NCBI GenBank assembly: GCA_965206595.1
Contig: OZ242214.1
Location: forward strand, 3,328,001-3,392,000
DNA: 64,000 nucleotides
Origin: Candidatus Latescibacterota bacterium
Lineage (GTDB): Bacteria > Latescibacterota > UBA2968 > UBA8231
Reading direction: 5' to 3'
The notes under the pieces are model-generated. The model had not been told where the DNA came from. It saw only the letters and a program-made list of their open reading frames with translations, and ran no database searches. The position numbers were made by a program, and so were the translations under genes. Shown one piece after another: positions 1 through 9,825 of the stretch. Within the stretch, counting starts at the first letter, position 1, and every line of letters starts with the position of its first letter.

Positions 1-1
1 A

Positions 2-936
2 GGTAATCACGGCGTTGATCCCGCGACGGGCGACGGGGACCATCTTGATGATCTGGCTCTTCTCACGACATTCAACCGGCCTGAGGAGCGGGCGTTCACT
101 GTAACCGGTGATACAAGCGCTGCGACTGGTCAGGTTGCTCGCATGGCAGTTCAGCTTCTTTCTAATCGCCCTGCAATGTGGCCCGAGACTGTCCGTGCAC
201 TTATCGTTCATTCTGCTGAATGGACTCCCGCAATGCGCGCTCATTTACCCCCCAACCCAAACCAAACAGATCTGCGTCTTGTCTTGCGTCGCTACGGCTA
301 TGGCATTCCAAGCCTCGAAAAGGCGCTGCACAGCATCAATAGTGATGTGACGCTTGTCATTGAATCTGGTTTGCAGCCCTATGTCCTTGAAGGATCCGGA
401 ACCAGAAGCTGCGAAATGATTCTTCACGATTTGCCTTGGCCTGCCCACGCACTTAAGGCCTTTGGCGAAACGCAGGTTGAGATGCGGGTGACGCTAAGCT
501 ATTTCGTTGAACCCAATCCCGGCGAGCGAGGCTGGACGAAGCGGCATCGGTATGGTGGACATGGTCTGCGTTTCTGGGTAAAGCGTCCTGAGGAGAGTCT
601 GGAACGCTTTCGCCTAAGGGTAAATGCCGCGGCGCGTGATGAAACGAACCTGTAACTAAAGGCGGTAATGACGATGGTTGGGTACTTGGGCCGCGACTTC
701 GAAATCGAGGATCTATTCATTCTGACATTTGGCGGGGGACGGCTACCGACCTCGCAAGTCGGCACGCAATCGCCGTTTTTCCGGTAGGAGGCTGGTGGCG
801 TGAGAAGCCAGGACTCGAACGTGTCAACCGTCGGGTCCGATATGCATTGGTTATGAGCCTTCAAGCAAACGTAGAGATTGATCTCTATACCGAGATTTCC
901 AACGCCATTGGAGTCGAGATCCCTGTGGAAGCGTAA
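2..936 (+). pseudogene. S8 subtilisin-like serine peptidase (y4bN/IetS-like), 5' end outside window, frameshifted near 646
   Basis: The frame from position 2 reads ...TGDTSAAT (catalytic Ser region)...WPETVRALIVHSAEWT...YGYG...VTLSYFVEPNP. A shifted frame from 646 continues with the typical C-terminus WVLGPRLRNRGSIHSDIWRGT..LASR..IAVFPVGGWWRE..RYAL..DLY to TAA at 934-936. Confidence 0.8.
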
Positions 937-1466
937 ACGGCTCAGGCTGTTTCTTCGGTCAACTAAGCCCTCTGTTCTCGGGACTCACTGGGAGGAAAAT
1001 CCTCATCCTTTCTCTATTTCGTAACGCCCACAGGATGGGATGGGAGTTGTGGCCTTGGCACATAACCATGATCTCCAAATTGCCCATACTGCCTAAATAC
1101 CCGGGACTTCATCACAAGCAACAGGATTGGTTTGGTTTCGGAACCTGCTGAAAACTCTTCCAAGATCTGATGACCCCCCCCCTCTTCTCACAGCCGCCCC
1201 CGCAGCACCGAAGCAGAACGGGGGGAGGGGCCTTGAAAGCGGAGTTTGGGGTATCCATTTAACCGGACCTCCTGAACATTGGTTTGGGCGAAAAGGTTCT
1301 GCCGGTGCCGTTATTTTTCTGATGATCCATCTTTTCCCGTCGACACAACTTTTTATTTCGTTGAACCGAATGGCATATATCCCCCGCTTTCTCTACTAGA
1401 TGCTGCGAAATCAAAATCTTTTCCTCCCTTGGGCGGGGCGACATTCCCGGCTTAGCCCGGAAGGAT

Positions 1467-1685
1467 GTGTATTCTCTGTCGTCCCCCCCCTTCCCACAAA
1501 GGAAAAGCCAGATTGAAATTGCCTTTTTTTGGACAGAATTGACTCAGTCGTTCAGCATCGCCTCAAAGGAGATTCAACTGGTCACCGAGTATTGTGACGC
1601 AATGACCGCTGAAGTCATCTCGGGAAGACTTGAAATTTCCGAAGCACCCCGAGAGTTTGGCTTGGTGTTTCAGAAGTCCGGTTGA
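1467..1685 (+). pseudogene. Possible 3' remnant of a type I restriction specificity subunit (HsdS-like)
   Basis: PP..Q.EIAFF..ELT......KEIQLVTEYCDAMTAEVISGRLEI resembles the HsdS C-terminal conserved helix (I.LL.EYR..LI..VVTG.I.V). Confidence 0.35.
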
Positions 1686-1696
1686 ATGGATGCCTC
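1666..1696 (-). repeat. Third, diverged copy of the 32-bp terminal repeat
   Basis: The reverse complement GAGGCATCCATTCAACCGGACTTCTGAAACA is similar to 1248-1279. Confidence 0.65.
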
Positions 1697-1707
1697 CAAA
1701 TTCCCTT

Positions 1708-2280
1708 TCAAAAGCCAACTTTGAGCCGTCCCCAGGACCGCCCCGCAACCGCCGTTGAAGCTGATCCCGGATAAAAGCCGGAGCCGAGGATGAACTCCTC
1801 ACCGAGGGCGGTATATGGGACGGCGTAGCCCACCTTATGCGAGCCGGTCTCTTCGTCCCCTGCTACTGCTGGATCGTCCCAGAGATACTCGACGTAACCG
1901 CCTCCCTGAGCCGCCGCGGCGAGGATCTCCTGTATAATTTTGACTCCATTGGAGTCTTCGAGATCGTACAGGTTCCGACCCTCGAGGTCCGGATCGGCCG
2001 CGTGAAAGACTACGACACCATCCGTGGTTGCGACATAGAGGTAGACGGAGCCCTGCTTCCAATCCCCGCCGGCCCTGAAGCTCTCCAAGGCGTCCCGGTA
2101 CCCGGAAAGGGTCTCGAAGCTATCCAGGTACTCCCTCGCCTCCAGCACGAAGGCTTTCAGGGATTCCCGGTCTACCACGTCACTGGCCGTTACCTTCGCG
2201 TCGTTCTGGGCAACGGCGGGGTTCACTGCGAAGAAGAGGCTGGCCAGCCCCAGAATGATTGCTGCTGTCAGGCGCTTCAT
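1708..2280 (-). CDS. Secreted stand-alone Cache (sCache_2-like) domain protein with C-terminal SWGRLK motif
   Basis: Signal peptide ending AVA-Q; YLYV...GVVVFHA..PDLEGRNLYDLEDSNGVKIIQEI....GGGYVEYLW..K.GY...ILGSGFY; GAGGAG RBS. Confidence 0.8.
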   Translation of the reverse strand: MKRLTAAIILGLASLFFAVNPAVAQNDAKVTASDVVDRESLKAFVLEAREYLDSFETLSGYRDALESFRAGGDWKQGSVYLYVATTDGVVVFHAADPDLEGRNLYDLEDSNGVKIIQEILAAAAQGGGYVEYLWDDPAVAGDEETGSHKVGYAVPYTALGEEFILGSGFYPGSASTAVAGRSWGRLKVGF

Positions 2281-2486
2281 GATGGTCTCCTCGGCCGCAA
2301 TGCCCCGGCCTTTGCTTGGAATTCCTCGATGGCGGCACTCCTTTTCCGGCCCTCAAGGTACTTACGGCCCCGGGCGAGCACCTCTATATTGAACAAAGAG
2401 TAAGGCTGCCCCCATGTTCAGGAGTTCCGGTTAAATGGATACCCCCGAGCGGAGTTTAGCATCCGTCCTGTCCAAGCGTGCAGCAC

Positions 2487-2800
2487 TTACGTTGTGACGG
2501 GGAACAACCGTTCTGGAAAGTCAACCCAAAATTCCCGCATTGCACCCGCGATTTTTTCGAATTCTTCGTCTGTGACCGCAAGATCTTCATGGTCAGGAGT
2601 TGTTAATTCCCTCGCTAGGGGAATAATGTCGTATTCTCCTTCCTTAAGATATTCCGGATACGTTTCGGCTAATTCGTGCAACGACCTCCCCTTGCCGTGC
2701 TTGTATACGTTCACGATCAGACGGCATGCATTGACAAGGGGGAACCATTGAGCTTGGCGGACGGACCAACTCGGTCGTATGTACGGGTTAATTCCCTTTC
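2487..2800 (-). pseudogene. 3' fragment of a hypothetical protein truncated by IS5
   Basis: A lower-GC open frame (ACRLIVNVYKHGKGRSL...FWVDFPE) starts close to the IS5 left end. Confidence 0.4.
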
Positions 2801-2803
2801 CAT

Positions 2804-3657
2804 GAACCTATCTCAAAATTGAAATTGTTTAAGTAAAATCAAAATGGATGCAAGTTGGACGAAGCCAAGAAAATTCTCCGGATACAATTCCCAGCGAGTG
2901 ATCACTCGACGCTGCCATTGAAGCCAAGCAAAGAATCTCTCAACCATCCAACGCCGCACATAACGCCGCAATCGCCGTCCGTCCTGAGTCTTTTTCTTGG
3001 TCCGATTCTGGCGATGCGAGGCGATCATCTCGATCCCGTCTTTCTTAAGCTCTTCATCCAACGAATCGCTGTCGTACGCCTTGTCGCCGATCAAGTTGTC
3101 AGGTTGGTCTTCGATGAGGTAAAAGTCAAAGGTCAACTGAACCAGCGTCACTTCATGATGGTTCGCTGCATGCGTGCTCACCGACAAGGGAAGCCCATTG
3201 CCGTCGACGATCCCCATGACCCGCACCCCCTTACCTCGCCTGGTGTGGCCGATATCGGCACCTCCACCCTTGGCCGCCGAGAACAGGCCGTCGATGAAAG
3301 CCTCCGATTCGTCCAGGCCCCCTTGCTCGTGAAGGGTCTGGGCCAGGTCCATGAGAACTTCGCGTACCACCCCTTGACGACACCCGTTTTGAAAACGGCG
3401 ATGCACGGTTTTGTAGTTCGGATAGCACTGCGGCAACATATGCCATTGAGCCCCGGTGTTTAGAATCCAAAGGACGGCTTCAAAAACATCACGGGTGTAA
3501 ACCGGTTTGCGACCCGGATGGCTCTTGGGACGAAGTTCTTCAGGAAAGTGATGCCGGATTCGTTGCCATTGCATGTCGGTCAGGTTGACCATACACCAAT
3601 GGTACATCACTGTCATTTCGAAAACAAGTTTAAGTTTGCCTGTTTTGAGATAGGTTC
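2804..3657 (-). mobile_element. IS5-family insertion sequence
   Basis: Perfect 15-bp IRs GAACCTATCTCAAAA (2804-2818) and TTTTGAGATAGGTTC (3643-3657) enclose the transposase. Confidence 0.9.
2813..3592 (-). CDS. IS5-family transposase
   Basis: LTDMQW..I...GRKP..R.V.EAVLWILNTGAQW..LP..Y...TVHRRF; DDE-type motifs FIDG, GDKAYDSD and RW.VERFF.W. Confidence 0.92.
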   Translation of the reverse strand: MVNLTDMQWQRIRHHFPEELRPKSHPGRKPVYTRDVFEAVLWILNTGAQWHMLPQCYPNYKTVHRRFQNGCRQGVVREVLMDLAQTLHEQGGLDESEAFIDGLFSAAKGGGADIGHTRRGKGVRVMGIVDGNGLPLSVSTHAANHHEVTLVQLTFDFYLIEDQPDNLIGDKAYDSDSLDEELKKDGIEMIASHRQNRTKKKTQDGRRLRRYVRRWMVERFFAWLQWQRRVITRWELYPENFLGFVQLASILILLKQFQF

Positions 3658-3679
3658 CAGTGACCGGCTCCCGGCATCG

Positions 3680-4060
3680 CATCGTGGTCGAGACCAACCA
3701 CCGGGGCGTCGATCCGGACGCCCGCGACTAAAACGCCTGGTTCGCCTGCACCGGCGAGACCGCGACCCCGCGCCCGGTGACGCGGCGTGAGGACATCCTG
3801 TTGGAGGAGACGCTCTACGAGGAGCAGCAGCTGCCGGTCTGCGCGGCGGGCCCCTGCTCTACGACCTGGGACGGGACGCCGACTGGGCGTACTGGTTCGC
3901 CCACCAGGGCCAGTCCACGCCTGGCCGGAAGACCTGCGCATGGATCACCCGGGCGGTGGGATCGCTCTGCGCGCGCTTGTCCGGGCCGTGGGCATCCGCA
4001 TAGCCGACCGTCGCCCGCAGCCGCTTATCCTGCCTGCTATGCGCTCGCCGAAGACCACTT
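3680..4060 (+). pseudogene. Degenerate remnant, possibly a LysR substrate-binding domain
   Basis: Fragments ETLYEEQQLPVCA and PLLYDLGRDADWAYWFAHQG lie in different frames with stops; truncated by IS5. Confidence 0.35.
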
Positions 4061-4225
4061 CGAATTCTTTCTCCTGGCTGAGCAGCAGTCCCCCCGGATG
4101 GTCTCGCCCGCGGGCAATCGGTGATCGGCCGCCAGAAGGTTTCCGGAGGCTTGCTCGCGGGCAGCTTTCAGTCCACATCCCACCGCCGGCCGGCTCCCCG
4201 CTATATTTCGGTAACAGGAGAGGCC

Positions 4226-6796
4226 ATGACAGTCGAAACACGCGATCCGGTCTGCGGCATGACCGTGAATCCGGACAAGGCAGGGTTCACGCACGACTAC
4301 GAGGGCACGACCTACCTGTTCTGCTGCGGTGGGTGCCAGGCGGCTTTCCGCACCGATCCCGAGGCGTTCCTGCGCCCGCGCGACGAGACCGCAGGGAGTG
4401 GCGCCGCACATCAGGGTCACGCGCCCGAGAGTCATGACACTCCCTGCCACGGCCACGCGTCGCACGGCTCGGCAGCGGTGCCCGGCGGTCACACCGGGCA
4501 CATAGCCGGAGCTTCAGGGGCGTCCGCCGCCGCGTACGTCTGCCCGATGTGTCCCGACGTGCGCGAGACCGAGCCTGTGCCCTGCCCCAGCTGCGGCATG
4601 GCGCTGGAGCCGGAGTACACCGCGGCGCCGGCGGCAACGGTCGAGTACACCTGTCCGATGCACCCGGAGGTCGTGGGCGCCGAGCCGGGGGCGTGTCCGG
4701 AGTGCGGCATGGCGCTCGAGCCGCGCGCGGTGACGCCGGACGACGCGCCCAATCCCGAGCTGGCCGACATGGTGCGCCGTTTCCGCATCGCGGCGACGAT
4801 CGGGCTGCCGGTGTTCGCCCTGGCGATGGCGGAGATGGTCGCCGGGGCGTCGGCGCTGCCGTTGAGCCGGGCGGTCTCGAACTGGATCCAGCTCGCCTTC
4901 GCCGCGCCGGTCGTGCTCTGGGCGGGACGGCCGTTCTTCGAGCGCGGGTGGGCGTCGATCGTGAACCGCAGCCCGAACATGTTCACGCTGATCGCGCTCG
5001 GCGTCGGCGCGGCGTTCCTCTACAGCGCAGCGGCCACCGTGGTCCCGGGCAGCTTTCCCGCCGGATTCCGGATGGAGGGCGGCGTCGAGCCCTACTTCGA
5101 CACCGCGGTGGTCATCATCGTGCTCGTGCTGCTCGGGCAGGTGCTGGAGCTGCGCGCGCGCCAGCGGACCGGCGCGGCCCTGCGGGGGCTGCTCGGTCTC
5201 GCCCCTCCGGTCGCCCACCGGATCGGCGGCGGCGACGCGACAGGTGACGATGCCGCGGCGCTGGCCGCGGCCGCTCACGAGGATGTGCCGCTCGCCGAGG
5301 TGCGGGCCGGGGACCGGTTGCGGGTTCTGCCCGGAGAGCGCCTGCCGGTGGACGGAATCGTGGTCGACGGGCGCAGCGCGGTCGACGAGTCGATGGTCAG
5401 CGGCGAGCCGATCCCGGTCGAGAAGGGGCCGGGCGACGCGGTGATCGGCGCCACGCTGAACGGCACGGGGAGCCTGACGATGCGCGCCGAGCGGGTCGGC
5501 GCGGAGACGCTGCTGGCGCAGATCGTCCGGATGGTGAGCGACGCCCAACGCAGCCGCGCGCCGATTCAGCGGGTGGCGGACCGCCTGGCTCGCTATCTGG
5601 TGCCGGCAGTCGTCACCGTCGCCGCGGCGGCGTTCGCCGGGTGGGCGCTGTGGGGCCCGGAGCCGCGTCTGGCCCTCGGGCTGGTCAGCGCCGTTGCCGT
5701 GCTGATCATCGCCTGTCCGTGTGCGCTCGGACTGGCGACGCCGATGGCGATCATGGTCGGCACCGGTCGCGGGGCGACGGCCGGGGTGCTGATTCGGGAT
5801 GCGGCGGCGCTGGAGACGCTGGAGCGGGTCGATACGCTGATCGTCGACAAGACCGGTACCCTCACCGAGGGCAGGCCGCGCGTGCGCACAGTGGCGACCG
5901 CGCCGGGAGCCGCACTGGACCAAGGAGAGCTCCTGCGCCTGGCGGCCGGGGTGGAGCGCGCCAGCGAGCACCCCCTCGCCGCGGCGATCATCGCCGAGGC
6001 CGACGCCCGCGGCTTGCCGCCCGTGGTCGCGGCCGACTTCACGTCGGAGACCGGGCGCGGAGTGGCGGGGCGGGTCGACGGCCGGCAGGTCGTCGTCGGC
6101 ACAGCGGCGTTTCTGGAAACGCAGGAGATCGACGCGCGCGATCTGACGACCCTTGCGGACAAGGCGCGCGGGCGCGGTGAAACGGTGGTGCTCGTGGCGG
6201 TGGACGGGGTTCCCGGCGGCGTCATCGGGGTCGTCGATCCAGTCAAGGCGTCGACCCCGGAGGCGATCGGACTGCTGCGGCGCGAGGGGCTGCGAATCGT
6301 GATGGCGACCGGCGACAGCCGCGCTACCGCCGAGGCGGTGGCCGCACAGGTCGGGATCGACCCGGAGGACGTCGTGGCCGAGGTGCTTCCGGCCGACAAG
6401 CGCCGCCTCGTGGCGGACGAGCAGGCGCGCGGGAGGACCGTGGCGATGGCGGGCGACGGCATCAACGACGCGCCGGCCCTGGCCGAGGCCGCCGTCGGCA
6501 TCGCCATGGGGAGCGGCACGGACGTCGCGATGGAGAGCGCGGGGATCACTCTGGTCCGGGGCGATCTGCGGGCAATTGCGCGGGCGCGGCGGCTGAGCCG
6601 GTCGACGATGCGCAACATTCGCCAGAACCTGGCCCTGGCGTTCGTCTACAACGCCGTCGGGGTCCCGGTGGCCGCGGGTCTGCTCTACCCCGTGATCGGC
6701 CTGCTCATCAGCCCGATCTGGGCGAGCGCCGCCATGACCCTGAGCTCGCTGTCGGTGGTCTGGAACGCCCTGCGCCTGCGGCGGATCGAGTTGTAG
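4226..6796 (+). CDS. copA: Cu(I)/Ag(I)-translocating P1B-type ATPase with YHS and two heavy-metal-binding domains
   Basis: RDPVCGM..Y.FCC..C (YHS), His-rich linker, YVCPMCP and [32 protein letters not shown] and M..SS motifs; AGGAG RBS. Confidence 0.95.
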   Translation: MTVETRDPVCGMTVNPDKAGFTHDYEGTTYLFCCGGCQAAFRTDPEAFLRPRDETAGSGAAHQGHAPESHDTPCHGHASHGSAAVPGGHTGHIAGASGASAAAYVCPMCPDVRETEPVPCPSCGMALEPEYTAAPAATVEYTCPMHPEVVGAEPGACPECGMALEPRAVTPDDAPNPELADMVRRFRIAATIGLPVFALAMAEMVAGASALPLSRAVSNWIQLAFAAPVVLWAGRPFFERGWASIVNRSPNMFTLIALGVGAAFLYSAAATVVPGSFPAGFRMEGGVEPYFDTAVVIIVLVLLGQVLELRARQRTGAALRGLLGLAPPVAHRIGGGDATGDDAAALAAAAHEDVPLAEVRAGDRLRVLPGERLPVDGIVVDGRSAVDESMVSGEPIPVEKGPGDAVIGATLNGTGSLTMRAERVGAETLLAQIVRMVSDAQRSRAPIQRVADRLARYLVPAVVTVAAAAFAGWALWGPEPRLALGLVSAVAVLIIACPCALGLATPMAIMVGTGRGATAGVLIRDAAALETLERVDTLIVDKTGTLTEGRPRVRTVATAPGAALDQGELLRLAAGVERASEHPLAAAIIAEADARGLPPVVAADFTSETGRGVAGRVDGRQVVVGTAAFLETQEIDARDLTTLADKARGRGETVVLVAVDGVPGGVIGVVDPVKASTPEAIGLLRREGLRIVMATGDSRATAEAVAAQVGIDPEDVVAEVLPADKRRLVADEQARGRTVAMAGDGINDAPALAEAAVGIAMGSGTDVAMESAGITLVRGDLRAIARARRLSRSTMRNIRQNLALAFVYNAVGVPVAAGLLYPVIGLLISPIWASAAMTLSSLSVVWNALRLRRIEL

Positions 6797-6888
6797 GGCG
6801 GCCGGCTCCGTCTCAGCCTCGGCGCGCAGGGATGGCGTCGATTAGCTTGCCCTGAAGACACCGTGGGCGGACGGCACCTCACCAAAGG

Positions 6889-7452
6889 ATGAAAGCGATG
6901 GAACCGAAACACCTCTCGGCACTGGAGCTGAACGATCTCGTGCACATCCGCCAATCGCCTGCCGATGAGGGAAGGCTGCTGCTGATTTCGCGACGGCCGC
7001 AGATCGGTGAGCGCGAACTTCTGCGGGAAGGGAAGCTCGACGTCGACGAGGGATTGGTGGGGGACAACTGGCGGACCCGGGGCGAGCTGGCGACACCTCC
7101 GCGCGACGCCAACCCGGATGCGCAGGTGACGGTCATGAACGCTCGCGTCGCCGATCTGGTCGCCGGCAGCCGGGAGCGCTGGCCGCTGGCGGGCGATCAG
7201 CTGTTCATCGACCTCGACCTCAGTCTCGACAACCTGCCGGCCGGGACGCGGCTCGCCATCGGCTCGGCGGTTCTGGAGGTCACGCCCGTTCCGCACACCG
7301 GCTGCAAGAAGTTCGTCGAGCGTTTCGGCCTGGATGCGATGCTCTTCGTCAACTCCGACGAAGGCAGGCAGATGTGCCTGCGCGGCATCAACACGCGGGT
7401 CGTCGAGAGCGGAGCGATCCGTGTCGGAGACCGGGTCACCAGGCAGCGATGA
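6889..7452 (+). CDS. MOSC domain protein
   Basis: GLVGDNW, QVTVMN, LAGDQL..D.DLS..NLP.GTRL.IGSA.LEVT..PHTGC.KF..RFG, RGIN.RV. Confidence 0.9.
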   Translation: MKAMEPKHLSALELNDLVHIRQSPADEGRLLLISRRPQIGERELLREGKLDVDEGLVGDNWRTRGELATPPRDANPDAQVTVMNARVADLVAGSRERWPLAGDQLFIDLDLSLDNLPAGTRLAIGSAVLEVTPVPHTGCKKFVERFGLDAMLFVNSDEGRQMCLRGINTRVVESGAIRVGDRVTRQR

Positions 7453-7544
7453 CCCACCACTCGTGCGGGCGGCCGTAGGGCGCGGCTCCCGCTGTTTGTT
7501 CAGGACGCTGTCATCATCGCCCGAACAGATGACGCGAGGTTACC

Positions 7545-9149
7545 ATGCGATCCCGACCCCGGCCCAACATTCTCTGGATTTCGTTTGAAGACACCGGTCC
7601 GTTCTACGGGTGCTACGGCGATCCGGTAGCGCGTACCCCGAACATGGACCGCTTCGCCGCCCAAGGGTGGCGGTGGACGAACTGTTTCTCCACGGCGGGG
7701 GTATGCGCACCGGCCCGTTCGGCGATCATCACCGGGATGTACCCCATCTCCATCGGCACCCACCACATGCGGACCACGCACGTCCATCCCGCCGCCCCCG
7801 AAATGCCCACGCCCTATTCCGCGGTGGTTCCCCACTACGTCAAGTGCTTCACCGAATACCTGCGCGCCGCCGGCTACTACTGCACCAACAACGAGAAGAC
7901 CGACTACCAGTTCGAGCCGCCGCTGACGGCCTGGGACGAGCTCGGACCGCACGCCCACTGGCGCAACCGCCCCGATCCGGACCAACCGTTCTTTGCGGTA
8001 TTCAACCTCGTGCGCAGCCACGAAAGCGGGGTCTGGCCGGAAAAGTGTCCTTCACCGGAATTCGATCCCGGCGACATCCACCCGCCTCCCTATCTTCCCG
8101 ACACGCCGGCCGTGCGGGAAGCCATGGCCCGCATGTACACGCACATCGCCCACAACGACCGGGAATTCGCATCGCTCCTGCGCCAACTGGAAGAGGACGG
8201 GCTCGCGGAAAACACCTGGGTATTCAACTGGAGCGACCACGGCCCCCTGCCCCGCGGCAAACGCTGGCCCTACGACGCCGGAATCCACGTCCCCCTGATC
8301 GTTCGGGGACCGGGCCTGGCACCGGGCCAGGTACGCGATGAGCTGGTAAGCACGGTAGATCTCGGGCCCACCGTGCTCTCCCTGGCCGGCGTCGGCATCC
8401 CCCGCCACGTCCAGGGCCGCGCGTTTCTGGGAGATCAAGCCGGCCTCCCGCGCGATTACGTCCATGCCAGCAGGGACCGCCACGACGAGTCCTACGACAT
8501 GGTCCGCGCGGTTCGCGACCGCCGCTTCAAGTACATCCGGAACTACCGGCCGGACCTTCCCTACCTTGGCTGGATCCCCTACCGCAACCGGCATCCCATC
8601 GTTCAGGAGCTGTGGCGGCTGCACCTGGAGGAAGCGCTGGACGAGGCGCAGTCGGCGCTGTTCCGGTATCCGAGACCCGTCGAAGAGCTGTACGACACGG
8701 CCGCCGACCCCCACGAGATCCACAACCTGGCGGCGGATCCCCGGTGGCGGGACGAACTGCAGCGCATGCGTTGCGCGCTAGATGGCTGGCTGGACGAAGT
8801 GGGCGACATGGGCCGCATACCGGAGAGCGAAATGGTCCGTAACTGGTACCCGGACGGCAGGCAGCCCGAAACCGCCCCCGTGGTATGCGTGCCGGTAAGC
8901 CCCGAAAGTCCGGGGATCGAACCGGCCCCGGAGGGGGGCACCTTCGCCGGCCCCATGCTGGTTCAGCTTCACTGTGCAACACAGGGCGCCTCCATCGCCT
9001 ATACCCGCGACACGGAGGACGGTCCGCGATGGCGGCTCTACACCGAACCGATCCGTCTGGCATCCGGCAACCACGAGGTGCGGGCGCGCGCCATCCGCAT
9101 CGGTTACCGGGAGAGCCGGGAGATCCGGGCGCGGTTTGTCGTGAGGTAG
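7545..9149 (+). CDS. Sulfatase (formylglycine type) with C-terminal Fn3-associated/chitobiase-like domain
   Basis: RPNILWI, CAPARS (CxPxR), SDHG..PRGK, ELYD...DP.E..NL; C-terminal CATQGASIAY..W.LY..P..A.AIRIGY. Confidence 0.93.
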   Translation: MRSRPRPNILWISFEDTGPFYGCYGDPVARTPNMDRFAAQGWRWTNCFSTAGVCAPARSAIITGMYPISIGTHHMRTTHVHPAAPEMPTPYSAVVPHYVKCFTEYLRAAGYYCTNNEKTDYQFEPPLTAWDELGPHAHWRNRPDPDQPFFAVFNLVRSHESGVWPEKCPSPEFDPGDIHPPPYLPDTPAVREAMARMYTHIAHNDREFASLLRQLEEDGLAENTWVFNWSDHGPLPRGKRWPYDAGIHVPLIVRGPGLAPGQVRDELVSTVDLGPTVLSLAGVGIPRHVQGRAFLGDQAGLPRDYVHASRDRHDESYDMVRAVRDRRFKYIRNYRPDLPYLGWIPYRNRHPIVQELWRLHLEEALDEAQSALFRYPRPVEELYDTAADPHEIHNLAADPRWRDELQRMRCALDGWLDEVGDMGRIPESEMVRNWYPDGRQPETAPVVCVPVSPESPGIEPAPEGGTFAGPMLVQLHCATQGASIAYTRDTEDGPRWRLYTEPIRLASGNHEVRARAIRIGYRESREIRARFVVR

Positions 9150-9199
9150 TGCAGGGAAGAGCGGAGGGCCGACCACGTTCTGTTGAAGGGGACCAGACC

Positions 9200-9580
9200 G
9201 GGAGCTGATTTACTACAGTGGCTACGGGCGCGGCCACAAGATGGGCGTCTGGGACGGCGTTTGGAAGCTCGGCGTGGCGACCCTCGGATGCGAGGGGTTT
9301 TCTCCTACGACGCCGGAGCCGGCAAGCCCGGCACGCTGGACAGGCAGCCGTTCGTCTGGAACGCTTCCCGGCTGACGGTCATCGCGAAGATCGGCGGCGA
9401 GCTGCCGGCCGCCTGCTGGACGAGGTCGGCCCTGCCGGTGCCCGGCTTCTTCTCTCGGGACTGCCGGCCGCTGACCGGTGCCGCCTTGACCCAGGAGGTG
9501 CGCTGGACCGGGAACCGGTCGTCGCCGCGCGGCCGGTTTCGCCTCCGCAACGCAGAGCTGTACGCCTTTACACTGATCGA
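9200..9580 (+). pseudogene. Degenerate C-terminal remnant of a beta-propeller/glycoside-hydrolase-like protein
   Basis: Frameshifted pieces IYYSGY, FSYDAG..PGTL..PF....LTV.A.IGGEL, PGF..DCRPL.G, FRLRNAELYAF. Confidence 0.45.
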
Positions 9581-9825
9581 GCAGGCCGGAGGGACCAGGA
9601 GGGTGGGGGACATTGGCCGGCAGCGGTTACCACGATGTTGAAGCCGGCCGGTTTCGATGTACATGACAGGCTCGGATCAGGGCCAGTGTGCAGCGATTTC
9701 GGGAACCTGTTAAATGCAGAAACTTAGAAGGCCGAAGACAAAGCCTAAGCCTTTGGCCACACATAGATCTGGGACAAAGCATCGAAGGAATTCAGGCTTT
9801 GGTGACGGAACCTGAGGGATTACCC

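Larger units (their letters stand above)
1248..2445. mobile_element. Non-autonomous element bounded by 32-bp inverted repeats, no transposase
   Basis: GGGGTATCCATTTAACCGGACCTCCTGAACAT (1248-1279) matches the reverse complement of 2414-2445 at 31/32. AGCGGAGTTT flanks both sides (1238-1247 and 2448-2457). Confidence 0.6.
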
